Shown in pieces: positions 38,467-48,163 of a DNA stretch of 51,882 nt. The DNA comes from Polaribacter sp. (GTDB lineage: Bacteria; Bacteroidota; Bacteroidia; Flavobacteriales; Flavobacteriaceae): positions 1 through 51,882 of the forward strand of contig JBELDQ010000001.1 in the NCBI GenBank assembly GCA_042094215.1, written 5' to 3'. The number at the start of each line of letters is the position of its first letter. Position 1 is the first letter of the stretch. The notes beneath the pieces were generated by a model. It did no database searches, had not been told where the DNA came from, and saw nothing but the letters and a program-made list of their open reading frames with translations. The position numbers and the translations under genes were made by a program.

Positions 38467-40344
38467 TTATCTCCCCATATGAACTAACAGAACGGAGATA
38501 TCGCTTGGCGATACACCACTAATTCTGCTTGCCTGTGAAATGGAAATGGGCTGCACTGTTTTTAACTTTTCCCTCGCTTCATACGAAATTGATTGTACCT
38601 TATTGTAGTCAAAATTCATAGGTATTGAAACGTTCTCAAGACGATTCAATTTATCTGCATTGTTCTTTTCTTTTTCGATATAACCAGAATACTTCAAATA
38701 AATCTCAACTTGCTCAATCACATCATCATCTATTTGATGTTCAGAAATAAACGCTACTAGTTCTGGTATTATCAATAAATCTATGAACGCCAATTGAGGA
38801 CGTGATGCAATTTTAAAGAGCTTCATAGATTGAGAAACCAATGCCAAATTCTTCGCTTCCAAGACAGGATTCATAACCTCCTTCTTTACACTAAACTTAT
38901 GAAGAAAATCTAACAACAAAGATGTTTTCTCTTGCTTCATTGTAACTCGATTCATCCTTTCTTGTGATGCCAAACCTATCTCATAACCTCGTGGTGTTAA
39001 TCGTAAATCTGCATTATCTTGTCGCAACAGAGTCCTATACTCTGCTCTTGATGTAAACATCCTGTAAGGCTCATCAGTACCCTTCGTAATCAAATCATCG
39101 ATTAACACACCAATATAAGCCTCGTTTCGCTTTAATATAAAAGGCGCTTTTCCTTGTAGTTTCAAAGCTGCATTTACACCTGCCATCAAGCCTTGTGCTG
39201 CTGCCTCCTCATAACCGGTGGTACCATTAATTTGACCAGCACAATACAATCCTTGTATCTTTTTAGTTTCTAAAGTATGCATCAATTGCGTAGGAGGAAA
39301 ATAATCATACTCTATCGCATAACCATACCGTAAAAACTTCACCTTTTCAAAACCAGCAACCGATCGAATCGCTTTATCCTGAATATCTTCTGGCAAAGAA
39401 GTAGAGAATCCATTCACATAAATCTCTACCGTATTCCACCCCTCAGGTTCAATAAACATTTGATGTCTTTCTTTAGAAGCGAAACGATCAATTTTATCTT
39501 CAACAGATGGACAATACCTAGGACCGATAGACTGGATCCTACCATTAAACATTGGAGACCTGTCAAAACCTTCTCTCAACAAATCATGCACTTCAGGATT
39601 CGTATACGTCAAATAACAGGAACGCTGTTTCGTAAGGGGTTTCGTAGACGGTAAGTATGAGAATTTTTGAGGATTTTCATCTCCGGGTTGTTCGGTCATT
39701 TTAGAAAAATCTAAAGACCGAGCATCCACCCTTGGAGGGGTACCTGTTTTCATCCTACCAGACTCAAAACCTTTTGCAACTAAATCTTCAGTAATTCCCG
39801 TTGATGCACTCTCACCCGCTCTACCACCACCAAATGTTTTTTCGCCAATATGAATCAATCCATTCAAAAAAGTACCCGCTGTAAGGATAACAGACCTGGC
39901 TTTAATCTCTAAACCTAGGGCGGTTTTCACACCAATTATAGTATCTCCATCAAATAACAAACCGTTGACGGAATCCTGATAAAAATCTAAATTATCAGTA
40001 TTTTCTAACATGTTTCGCCATTCTTCTGCGAAGCGCATTCGATCTGACTGTGCTCGCGGACTCCACATAGCAGGGCCTTTAGATTTGTTCAGCATCTTAA
40101 ACTGAATAGCCGTTTTATCTGTTACGATTGCACTATACCCCCCTAAAGCGTCAATCTCGCGAACAATTTGTCCTTTCGCAATACCTCCCATTGCAGGATT
40201 ACAACTCATCTGCGCAATGTTCTGTAAACTCATCGTAATTAATAAGGTATGAGCACCCATATTTGCACTAGCAGCTGCAGCCTCGCTTCCTGCGTGACCA
40301 CCTCCAACGACAATCACATCATATGTTGTAGAAAATAAACTCAT
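38467..40344 (-). CDS. mnmG: tRNA uridine 5-carboxymethylaminomethyl modification enzyme MnmG (GidA)
   Basis: VVGGGHAGSEAA, MSCNPAMGGIAKG, KTGTPPR, GPRYCPS, GQINGTTGYEEAAAQG, YRMFTSRAEYR. Confidence 0.98.
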   Translation of the reverse strand: MSLFSTTYDVIVVGGGHAGSEAAAASANMGAHTLLITMSLQNIAQMSCNPAMGGIAKGQIVREIDALGGYSAIVTDKTAIQFKMLNKSKGPAMWSPRAQSDRMRFAEEWRNMLENTDNLDFYQDSVNGLLFDGDTIIGVKTALGLEIKARSVILTAGTFLNGLIHIGEKTFGGGRAGESASTGITEDLVAKGFESGRMKTGTPPRVDARSLDFSKMTEQPGDENPQKFSYLPSTKPLTKQRSCYLTYTNPEVHDLLREGFDRSPMFNGRIQSIGPRYCPSVEDKIDRFASKERHQMFIEPEGWNTVEIYVNGFSTSLPEDIQDKAIRSVAGFEKVKFLRYGYAIEYDYFPPTQLMHTLETKKIQGLYCAGQINGTTGYEEAAAQGLMAGVNAALKLQGKAPFILKRNEAYIGVLIDDLITKGTDEPYRMFTSRAEYRTLLRQDNADLRLTPRGYEIGLASQERMNRVTMKQEKTSLLLDFLHKFSVKKEVMNPVLEAKNLALVSQSMKLFKIASRPQLAFIDLLIIPELVAFISEHQIDDDVIEQVEIYLKYSGYIEKEKNNADKLNRLENVSIPMNFDYNKVQSISYEAREKLKTVQPISISQASRISGVSPSDISVLLVHMGR

Positions 40345-40350
40345 TCTGTA

Positions 40351-40366
40351 TGTTTCACGTGAAACT
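40351..40366. other. parS centromere site
   Basis: TGTTTCACGTGAAACT, 15/16 match to TGTTTCACGTGAAACA; intergenic. Confidence 0.9.
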
Positions 40367-40387
40367 ATTTAATTAAACCATTGATTG

Positions 40388-40801
40388 TTAGATAGTTAAC
40401 ATCAACAAAGACTCGTTCTCCATTTTTGTCATCTCCAATTGTTCTTCCTCCAATTTGTCTTTATACCCCAGATAATGTAGCACACCATGTATCATCACAC
40501 GATGAAGCTCTTGTTCGAAAGTCACTTTGTACAACTTTGCGTTCTCCTCTACCCTTTCAATAGAAATAAAAATATCTCCACTAATACAGGCATCCGCGCT
40601 CGTGTCAAAACTAATAATATCGGTGTACGTATCATGATTCAAATAGGACACATTCAGTTTGTGTAAATAAGCATCGTCACAGAATATATAATTTACTTCA
40701 CCAACAGAACAACCTTCATTAGAAATCACATCTTCGATCCACTTCGATACAACGGTGCTATTTGATAGCGCAAACTCTGTTTCATAATTAAATTCAATCA
40801 T
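40388..40801 (-). CDS. ybeY: rRNA maturation endoribonuclease YbeY
   Basis: LNVSYLNHDTYTDIISF, GDIFIS, ELHRVMIHGVLHYLGY. Confidence 0.95.
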   Translation of the reverse strand: MIEFNYETEFALSNSTVVSKWIEDVISNEGCSVGEVNYIFCDDAYLHKLNVSYLNHDTYTDIISFDTSADACISGDIFISIERVEENAKLYKVTFEQELHRVMIHGVLHYLGYKDKLEEEQLEMTKMENESLLMLTI

Positions 40802-43800
40802 CCTTGCTTTCCTTATCTAATCTTTCAAAGTACTGGCGTACTCTCTTTTTATAATTATTTTGCAAAGGTAATGATTGTCTCTTTAATATTTCTAATTGAT
40901 TGTAAAACAGTTTATCCTTGAAAAGTTTCCCCATGAGGCCTTTATAATTGGTTTCACTTGATCTACTTTTTCGTTTGGAATCTTTATTTTGCTTCCTGCT
41001 AGCTGAGTCTAACTTTAACAAATTATAATTCAACTCTTGCATCTTTCTGATTGTCTCACTCGAATATCCTTTCTCTAAAATTTGATTTTCTAAGGAATTC
41101 ATCTCCTCCAACAACTTACGAAGTCTTCCAGAATTATTTAGGTCGCCATTTTTAAGTGCATTCTCCATGGTTTCCCTGAGTAGTGACTGCTCTTGGTACA
41201 GTTTATACAATTCTCCGTCCGTTCCTGATCCTTGAGCCTTCTTATCAGCAGCTGAACCAGGTTTCTTTCCTTTCTGTTGACCTCCTTTTTTTGAGCCCTT
41301 TTTCATCTTCTCAAGCAACTCACTCTGCTTTTGTATAATATCAGGTAGAGAAAAGGATTTCCCTCCTTTTTTCCCTTTTCCTGGCATTGACATAGTGGGG
41401 TTCTGTAGATTATCTAACATTGTACTTAGCATATCTGCTAAATTATTAACACTTGTAAGCACATACTGCTGATTTGACAAGCCCGTCTCAAACCTATTTT
41501 CCGAGAAATTCTCAATAGATTGATCTAAGTTAAAATGCGCATCCTCAAGATCTTTTTGAATCGTTGAAGAAATCTTAGGCAACCGCATAGACAATACATA
41601 CAAACTATCATCAATATGTTCAAAATATGACTTGAGCATGTTTTGCCTTTTTATCTCCTCACCAAAGTTTGGATGAGCAACACTGATCTCAGAAAATCGA
41701 TTCATCACCTCCTCCTGGTTAAATGAATACTTTAAAAGGTTATCTAAGATAAGCCTGAGCGTTTCAATATTTTCTTCATTCATCTCATCTGATGCAGCGG
41801 CCATCGCCCCTTGCATCATTTCACCCATTTTTTGAATCTTATCAGAAGCTTTCTTCTGACTCTTCTTTTGAGCATCCCGTTTGCTAGGAGCATTTTGTTC
41901 ATCAATATTTTCTAATTCTGTATCCACCTCCTTTTGTTCTTCTTTCATCGCTGGGATCTGCATAGGTTCTTTTAACTTCTCATTGTCCTTTTCCAATGTT
42001 TCTAACTCCTTCTTAATGGCATCAAATTCCTTTTTAATTTTATCTTGTGCTTCTTTCGTATCAACTTCCAATTTACTCAAACTATCTTGTTCTTTGGATA
42101 ATTTCTGCAATTTCTCTGCCACTTGTCGCGATTTTTGCTCAACATAAAACCGCTTTGTCAACTCCAATACACGTTCTAAACTTCGTTCTTGTTGCGCATT
42201 CTGCTCGGCAAGTTTCTTAACTTTATTCAACAGATCATCTTTCTTTAATTTATTCGCGACTTTCTTTAATTCGTCCAATAGCTGTTGTTCTTTCTCTATT
42301 TTTTTTAATTCCGCTATCCTCTTTTTCAACACCTCTTTTTTCTCCTTCTCAGACTTTGTATCGGTAGGTAGGGTCTTGAGATTATTTTGTAGCTTATCCG
42401 TTTGACGCTCCATCATTTTTTTATATCCTTCCTGTCTTTTGATATATTCTGAAATATTCTTTTTGTCATTCCAGTTCATTCGACTTTTATTCTGAAGATT
42501 CTCTTGAATTTTTTGCAATTGTTCCTTCTGCAACTGTTGCTGATCAACGTTATTTTCAATTGAATTTATTTGATCACGTTGTAATTTTACCAGTTCATCT
42601 TCTACTTCTATTTTAGATTTGAAACGATAGGTAAATGTTTTACTTTTTGTTTTTTTACTACCGTTGACTTCATCATTATCGAATACTTGAAAATACATTC
42701 CATAGTTTACTCCTTCCTTTACCTTCAATACACCAGGAAATTCGAAATAAAAAGGCTGCGTTTCGCTTTGTAAAATTTTGATTTGTTTACGTTGCAATAC
42801 CTCAGGATTTCTCTCATCATAATACACAATTTCCAATGTGCGTATCCCATAGTCATCAGAAATCTGTCCAGCGAAAAACATCGTGTTTCGCGAAAGAGAA
42901 TCTAACTCAGAAAAAACCTCTATCATTGGATATGCGTCTTTGATTATATCAATAGAAAAAGACAATGTCTCATAATTTTTTAAAACAGCATTGGATGACG
43001 AAATTTGATAATCCATGGATGTACGCAGCTTCTTTTGAAGAGAGAATACACTAGCGTTCAATCTTTTAAAATTCTGAGACATTGCATCGTTGATAAAAGC
43101 AACAGCGTCAGTTTGCTTTGTTTCAACATTCCATCTCGCCCTGGTTCCTTCTGGAAGAAGTAGCACTCCAAAATTCGTAATTGTCTCGTTCTTCTTTTTA
43201 ATATAGGAGGGGTACTCCAAATCAACCGATATATTCTGAATTCGTGGAGTGTTAATAATGTTCAACTCATAAGAGTCTGATACCACCGTATTCGAAGCAA
43301 CGTAAAATTTAATTGGCGCAGCTGTATTGGTAAATGTATAGGTAAAAAGACCGTTCTTTTTTTGTAAATAATAACGCTCGTTATTAAAATAAATAAGCAC
43401 ATTAGCAGGACGAATAGTACCAATAGTTGAGAATTTAACAGTGTACTCCTCGTCTTGAATTACAGTGAGATCTGAAGACACCAACTGAAATGTAAATGGC
43501 GCAGGGGGCACAAATGCTGTTCGGTGCTGCAATACTCTTGTAAACGAAGTGCTCAACACATTCACATTCCCTGTAATTGATAGTAAAAACAAAAGAAATA
43601 CTGGAATGACCGCATACTTGACATATTTTCTATTTGTCCTAAAATTAACAGCCTTAACAAAAGGAATAGGTTGCAATTCTCTCGCTTTTTGTTCAATACT
43701 GGCTATGAGGAGTTCCGAGTGATTCTCCAATGCCTTCAATTGCATTACATTTAACAACTTATCTCGTACCTCAGGAAAATGATCTCCAATTATTTTAGAG

Positions 43801-44078
43801 GACTCTCTATCAGAAATTCCGTTTTTAAAACCAATTAATTTCGACAACGGAACAAGAATGAAACGGAATAAAAAATACACTTCAACAGCAATAAATATCC
43901 AAAAGAGTATGGTTCTTGAAGCTGGTTTTAACCATAAAACATATTCAATAAAAAGTGTAAAAAACAAGTATAAAATTCCAAAAGAAAAAAACAAGATACC
44001 TCCTTTTATCAATTCATTTGTATAATATTTTCGAACAAATCGAATTAGTTTATCTTCTATGTTGCTATATCCTTCCAT
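40794..44078 (-). CDS. DUF4175-like large membrane-anchored coiled-coil protein
   Basis: Three N-terminal TM segments, beta-rich middle (ISDDYGI, FDNDEVNGSK), long Q/E/K-rich helical tail ending SLPL...YKKRVRQYF. Confidence 0.75.
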   Translation of the reverse strand: MEGYSNIEDKLIRFVRKYYTNELIKGGILFFSFGILYLFFTLFIEYVLWLKPASRTILFWIFIAVEVYFLFRFILVPLSKLIGFKNGISDRESSKIIGDHFPEVRDKLLNVMQLKALENHSELLIASIEQKARELQPIPFVKAVNFRTNRKYVKYAVIPVFLLFLLSITGNVNVLSTSFTRVLQHRTAFVPPAPFTFQLVSSDLTVIQDEEYTVKFSTIGTIRPANVLIYFNNERYYLQKKNGLFTYTFTNTAAPIKFYVASNTVVSDSYELNIINTPRIQNISVDLEYPSYIKKKNETITNFGVLLLPEGTRARWNVETKQTDAVAFINDAMSQNFKRLNASVFSLQKKLRTSMDYQISSSNAVLKNYETLSFSIDIIKDAYPMIEVFSELDSLSRNTMFFAGQISDDYGIRTLEIVYYDERNPEVLQRKQIKILQSETQPFYFEFPGVLKVKEGVNYGMYFQVFDNDEVNGSKKTKSKTFTYRFKSKIEVEDELVKLQRDQINSIENNVDQQQLQKEQLQKIQENLQNKSRMNWNDKKNISEYIKRQEGYKKMMERQTDKLQNNLKTLPTDTKSEKEKKEVLKKRIAELKKIEKEQQLLDELKKVANKLKKDDLLNKVKKLAEQNAQQERSLERVLELTKRFYVEQKSRQVAEKLQKLSKEQDSLSKLEVDTKEAQDKIKKEFDAIKKELETLEKDNEKLKEPMQIPAMKEEQKEVDTELENIDEQNAPSKRDAQKKSQKKASDKIQKMGEMMQGAMAAASDEMNEENIETLRLILDNLLKYSFNQEEVMNRFSEISVAHPNFGEEIKRQNMLKSYFEHIDDSLYVLSMRLPKISSTIQKDLEDAHFNLDQSIENFSENRFETGLSNQQYVLTSVNNLADMLSTMLDNLQNPTMSMPGKGKKGGKSFSLPDIIQKQSELLEKMKKGSKKGGQQKGKKPGSAADKKAQGSGTDGELYKLYQEQSLLRETMENALKNGDLNNSGRLRKLLEEMNSLENQILEKGYSSETIRKMQELNYNLLKLDSASRKQNKDSKRKSRSSETNYKGLMGKLFKDKLFYNQLEILKRQSLPLQNNYKKRVRQYFERLDKESKDD

Positions 44079-44185
44079 TTTGTAAAAAATAAAGTTACGG
44101 TTTTTTCTAATGTTTTATCGAATAAGAAAAGGGAAACATCGGTAAATGCCGTCAAAATAACTTTTTATATGATTAGAATCTAAAG

Positions 44186-44193
44186 TATCTTTG
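44186..44193 (+). promoter_or_regulatory. -7 element (TATCTTTG) for gltX
   Basis: TAnnTTTG match 24 nt upstream of the ATG. Confidence 0.6.
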
Positions 44194-44217
44194 CGCTTTG
44201 TTTAAATTTCATAAAAA

Positions 44218-45732
44218 ATGACAACGAACGTAAGAGTGCGCTTTGCTCCTAGTCCAACAGGACCTTTACATATTGGTGGTGTAAGAACTGCTTTATTTAA
44301 TTATTTATTTGCTAAAAAACACGGAGGTACTTTTGTACTCCGTATCGAAGATACAGATCAAACTCGCTATGTTTCAAATGCAGAACAATACATTGTAGAC
44401 GCATTAGACTGGTGTAACATACCATTCGAAGAAGGTCCGGGAAAAAATGAAAAATTTGGTCCCTACCGACAATCAGAACGAAAAGCATTGTATAAAGACT
44501 ATGCCGATCAATTAATTGCGTCTGGATGGGCATATTATGCTTTTGATACGTCAGAAGCACTCGACAATCAAAGAAAAATAGCCGAAGAAAATGGCGCTAC
44601 ATTTATCTACAATTGGCACAATAGACAAGAGCTCAACAATTCTTTATCCATGCCGAAAGAAGACGTTGCAAAAAAACTAAATGCCAATGAAAAATATGTA
44701 ATTCGTTTTAAAACGCCCCAAGACGAAATCTTATTAATGAAAGATGAGATTCGTGGCACCATTAAAATAGATACCAATACTTTAGATGACAAAGTTTTAT
44801 TTAAATCAGATGGTATGCCAACATACCATTTGGCCAATATTGTAGACGATCATTTAATGGAGATTTCTCATGTTATTCGTGGAGAAGAATGGCTACCATC
44901 AATGCCATTGCACGTGTTATTATATCGTGCCTTTGGATGGGAATCTCCAAAATTTGCACATTTACCATTGATTCTTAAACCTGTTGGAAAAGGAAAATTA
45001 AGCAAACGTGATGGTGATAAACTGGGATTCCCTGTATTTCCACTCGCCTATATCAACGAGCAATCTGGAGATATTTCTCGTGGATATAAAGAAGATGGTT
45101 ATTTTGCGGATGCTTTTATAAACATGCTCGCTTTCTTAGGATGGAACCCAGGAACGGAACAAGAAATTTTTTCGTTAGAAGCCTTAGCAGAAGTTTTTGA
45201 TTTAGATAGAGTGAGTAAATCTGGAGCAAAGTTCAGTCCCGATAAAACAAACTGGTTCAATCAGCAATACATGCAAACAAAATCTGATACTGAATTGACA
45301 GATTTATTTCTGCCAATGCTAGTAGAAAAAGGAATTACTACAACTCATGAGTATACAGAAAAAGTAGTTTCACTCATCAAAGAACGCGCTGTTTTTGTTG
45401 CTGACTTTTGGAATTTGTCTGATTTCTTTTTTCAAGGGCCTACAACCTATGATGCCAAAGCATCAAAGAAAAATTGGAAAGAAGGTACACCGGCTTTAAT
45501 GCATGAATTAATTGCACTCATGCATAGCATAGAAGACAGTTCTTCTGCCAACACAGAAAAGATCATTAAAGCCTGGATTACAGATAAAGAAATTGGATTT
45601 GGTAAAGTAATGCAACCGTTACGATTAAGTCTGGTAGGCGCTTTAAAAGGACCTCATTTGTTTGATATTATAGAAATGATTGGTAAAGAAGAAGCAATCC
45701 GTAGAATTGAACACGCTATCGCTCAATTATAG
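44218..45732 (+). CDS. gltX: Glutamate--tRNA ligase
   Basis: RFAPSPTGPLHIGG, LRIEDTD, HVIRGEEW, KLSKR. Confidence 0.98.
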   Translation: MTTNVRVRFAPSPTGPLHIGGVRTALFNYLFAKKHGGTFVLRIEDTDQTRYVSNAEQYIVDALDWCNIPFEEGPGKNEKFGPYRQSERKALYKDYADQLIASGWAYYAFDTSEALDNQRKIAEENGATFIYNWHNRQELNNSLSMPKEDVAKKLNANEKYVIRFKTPQDEILLMKDEIRGTIKIDTNTLDDKVLFKSDGMPTYHLANIVDDHLMEISHVIRGEEWLPSMPLHVLLYRAFGWESPKFAHLPLILKPVGKGKLSKRDGDKLGFPVFPLAYINEQSGDISRGYKEDGYFADAFINMLAFLGWNPGTEQEIFSLEALAEVFDLDRVSKSGAKFSPDKTNWFNQQYMQTKSDTELTDLFLPMLVEKGITTTHEYTEKVVSLIKERAVFVADFWNLSDFFFQGPTTYDAKASKKNWKEGTPALMHELIALMHSIEDSSSANTEKIIKAWITDKEIGFGKVMQPLRLSLVGALKGPHLFDIIEMIGKEEAIRRIEHAIAQL

Positions 45733-45759
45733 CAGGTAGATAAAACACTACTTCACTAT

Positions 45760-45791
45760 ACCTCTGAATTTTAGGATTCAGAGGTTTTTTT
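45760..45791 (+). terminator. Intrinsic terminator after gltX
   Basis: ACCTCTGAAT...ATTCAGAGGT followed by a T-run. Confidence 0.85.
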
Positions 45792-45798
45792 ATTTGTA

Positions 45799-45825
45799 TG
45801 TAACTTTTCTCAAAAAATGCGTCTT
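45799..45825 (+). promoter_or_regulatory. Putative ECF promoter TGTAAC-N15-CGTCTT
   Basis: AAC/CGT ECF-type elements upstream of the SPFH gene; repeated at 51432-51459. Confidence 0.6.
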
Positions 45826-45875
45826 GTAATTAGATACGTTTCTTGTATCTTTAAGAAAAATTAAACCTAAAAGTT

Positions 45876-46802
45876 ATGACAAATCCCATAAGCATTATCA
45901 TTGTAGTACTTGCCTTATTGATCGTATTTGCAGCATTATTTACCGTAAAACAACAAACTTCGGCAATTATAGAGCGTTTCGGAAAATTTCAAAGTATACG
46001 ACATTCTGGACTACAATTAAAGATACCCATTATTGATAGAATATCAGGAAGATTAAGTTTAAAAATACAACAACTAGATGTAATCATCGAAACCAAAACT
46101 TTAGATGATGTATTTGTAAAATTAAAAGTTTCTGTGCAATTCAAGGTCATTAAAGACAAGGTATATGATGCTTTTTACAAGCTAGATTTTCCACACGACC
46201 AGATTACTTCTTATGTATTTGATGTGGTGCGTGCCGAAGTTCCAAAAATGAAATTGGATGATGTATTTGTAAAGAAAGATGACATTGCTATTGCAGTAAA
46301 AACAGAACTGAATGATGCCATGTTGAACTATGGATATGACATTATTAAAACCTTAGTAACAGATATAGATCCAGATGCTCAGGTTAAAGAAGCTATGAAT
46401 AGAATTAATGCTTCTGAAAGAGAAAAAGTTGCCGCACAATATGAAGGAGATGCACAACGTATTCTAATAGTAGAACGGGCAAAAGCAGAGGCAGAAAGTA
46501 AGCGTTTGCAGGGTAAAGGTATTGCAGATCAACGTAGAGAAATTGCACGGGGTTTGGAAGAATCTGTAGATGTATTAAACAAAGCAGGCATCAACTCACA
46601 AGAGGCTTCTGCACTCATTGTAATTACACAACACTACGACACGCTTCAATCTATAGGAGCAGACACCAATAGCAATTTAATTTTATTACCAAACAACCCA
46701 AATGCGGCGAGTTCAATGCTCAATGATATGGTGACCAGCCTTGTTGCTGCAAATAAAATTGAAAACTCTTCTGGAAGAACTAAAAAAAATGATAAAGAAT
46801 AA
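45876..46802 (+). CDS. SPFH/band 7/prohibitin domain membrane protein
   Basis: N-terminal TM, IERFGKF, TKTLDDVFV, VFDVVRAEVP, AEAESKRLQG. Confidence 0.94.
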   Translation: MTNPISIIIVVLALLIVFAALFTVKQQTSAIIERFGKFQSIRHSGLQLKIPIIDRISGRLSLKIQQLDVIIETKTLDDVFVKLKVSVQFKVIKDKVYDAFYKLDFPHDQITSYVFDVVRAEVPKMKLDDVFVKKDDIAIAVKTELNDAMLNYGYDIIKTLVTDIDPDAQVKEAMNRINASEREKVAAQYEGDAQRILIVERAKAEAESKRLQGKGIADQRREIARGLEESVDVLNKAGINSQEASALIVITQHYDTLQSIGADTNSNLILLPNNPNAASSMLNDMVTSLVAANKIENSSGRTKKNDKE

Positions 46803-46808
46803 TAACCT

Positions 46809-47126
46809 ATGATTATATCCACAACAAATACATTACAAACGAATGACATTAAACAATACTGTGGTATTGTAACAGGAGAAACCATTATTGGGGCAAATAT
46901 ATTTAAAGATTTTTTTGCAGGAATAAGAGATATTGTAGGAGGCAGATCAGGTTCTTATGAGCGTGTATTAAGAGAAGCCAAAGATACGGCTTTGAAAGAA
47001 ATGAAAGAGCAAGCGTTGCACTTAGGAGCAGATGCTGTGGTCGGTGTAGACTTAGATTATGAAAGTGTTGGCCCCTCAGGCGGTATGCTTATGGTAACTG
47101 CTTCCGGAACCGCTGTGAAACTCTAA
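46809..47126 (+). CDS. YbjQ/UPF0145 family protein
   Basis: [51 protein letters not shown]. Confidence 0.94.
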   Translation: MIISTTNTLQTNDIKQYCGIVTGETIIGANIFKDFFAGIRDIVGGRSGSYERVLREAKDTALKEMKEQALHLGADAVVGVDLDYESVGPSGGMLMVTASGTAVKL

Positions 47127-47137
47127 AAATAGAACAT

Positions 47138-47172
47138 AAAAAAAACCGAAGCATCTCCTTCGGTTTTTTTTT
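47138..47172. terminator. Bidirectional intrinsic terminator between ybjQ-like gene and tatA
   Basis: A8-CCGAAG-CATCTC-CTTCGG-T9. Confidence 0.9.
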
Positions 47173-47188
47173 ATATCTCTATAATAGC

Positions 47189-47374
47189 TTACTTCTTTTC
47201 GTCTATTTTATCAGTATCTTCTTCTTTGGATGCATTTTTAAATTCTTTAATTCCGCTTCCTAAACCTTTCATTAACTCTGGAATTTTTCTACCACCAAAA
47301 AGTAATAAAACCACCACGATTATAATAATAACTTGCGGCATTCCAATCATTAAAAACATATTGTGTAAATCCAT
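47189..47374 (-). CDS. tatA: Twin-arginine translocase TatA/TatE subunit
   Basis: [24 protein letters not shown]; -7 element TATCTTTG at 47392-47399. Confidence 0.95.
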   Translation of the reverse strand: MDLHNMFLMIGMPQVIIIIVVVLLLFGGRKIPELMKGLGSGIKEFKNASKEEDTDKIDEKK

Positions 47375-47413
47375 TTTTTCAAATTTTGTAGCAAAGATAC
47401 AAAAAGCTTTTCA

Positions 47414-48091
47414 TTAATTGTAAGCTTCTATGGTGCCCCCTAAAACTTTTTTTGTTTTCAATATTTCTGGAGTTCCTTTATAAAAAATAGTACCTCCAAA
47501 TCTAATTTTTGCATCTAAGGTTTCACCAACATTCACCTCTGCCTTACCTCCAATTGCAGCCCTCACAGTTGAAGCATCTGTTGCTTTTAGTTGATACCCA
47601 TGATACACGCCTGCATCACTCACTTCAACAGTCTGATTTTTTGTTGTTCCCGTTAATTTCACCACTCCTGCAGAAACAGCTTTGATACTCAAATGTTTGG
47701 TTGCAACAACCATACTAATCAGAGCTCCTTCTTGAGTTTTTAATTCTAATTGAGGTTGCTTAAAATCTTTTGATGTGATGGTTGCTCCTTCATTGGCATC
47801 AATAATAGTAATTCCCTTCGAATAATATAATACAACCTTTGCTTTTCCATTAGCTAAGGTTTCAGGGAATTTTAAATAAATTTTTAAGGTATTATTCGCA
47901 TTTTTAATCTTCACCTTTTCCGATTTTTCCCCGCGAATTACCAGCTCTTGTTTGTCTGATTTTATCAATTCTAAATCTATTCCATTGTATACCTTTAAGG
48001 TGGTGAAATCTCCAAGTGTTTTGGTAATTTCTGTTTGACCAAACACAGACATAGAGCAGATACATACAAGCGCTCTTATATAATTTTTCAT
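47414..48091 (-). CDS. Head GIN domain (DUF2807) exported protein
   Basis: Signal peptide, LGDFTTLKV..GIDLEL, beta-helix-like repeats, GTIFYKGTP. Confidence 0.82.
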   Translation of the reverse strand: MKNYIRALVCICSMSVFGQTEITKTLGDFTTLKVYNGIDLELIKSDKQELVIRGEKSEKVKIKNANNTLKIYLKFPETLANGKAKVVLYYSKGITIIDANEGATITSKDFKQPQLELKTQEGALISMVVATKHLSIKAVSAGVVKLTGTTKNQTVEVSDAGVYHGYQLKATDASTVRAAIGGKAEVNVGETLDAKIRFGGTIFYKGTPEILKTKKVLGGTIEAYN

Positions 48092-48163
48092 TGCTTTTTA
48101 TTAAAATTAGCATTTATCCTTATTACTATAAGGTCACTTTTTCTATTTTATTGTGACAAGTGT

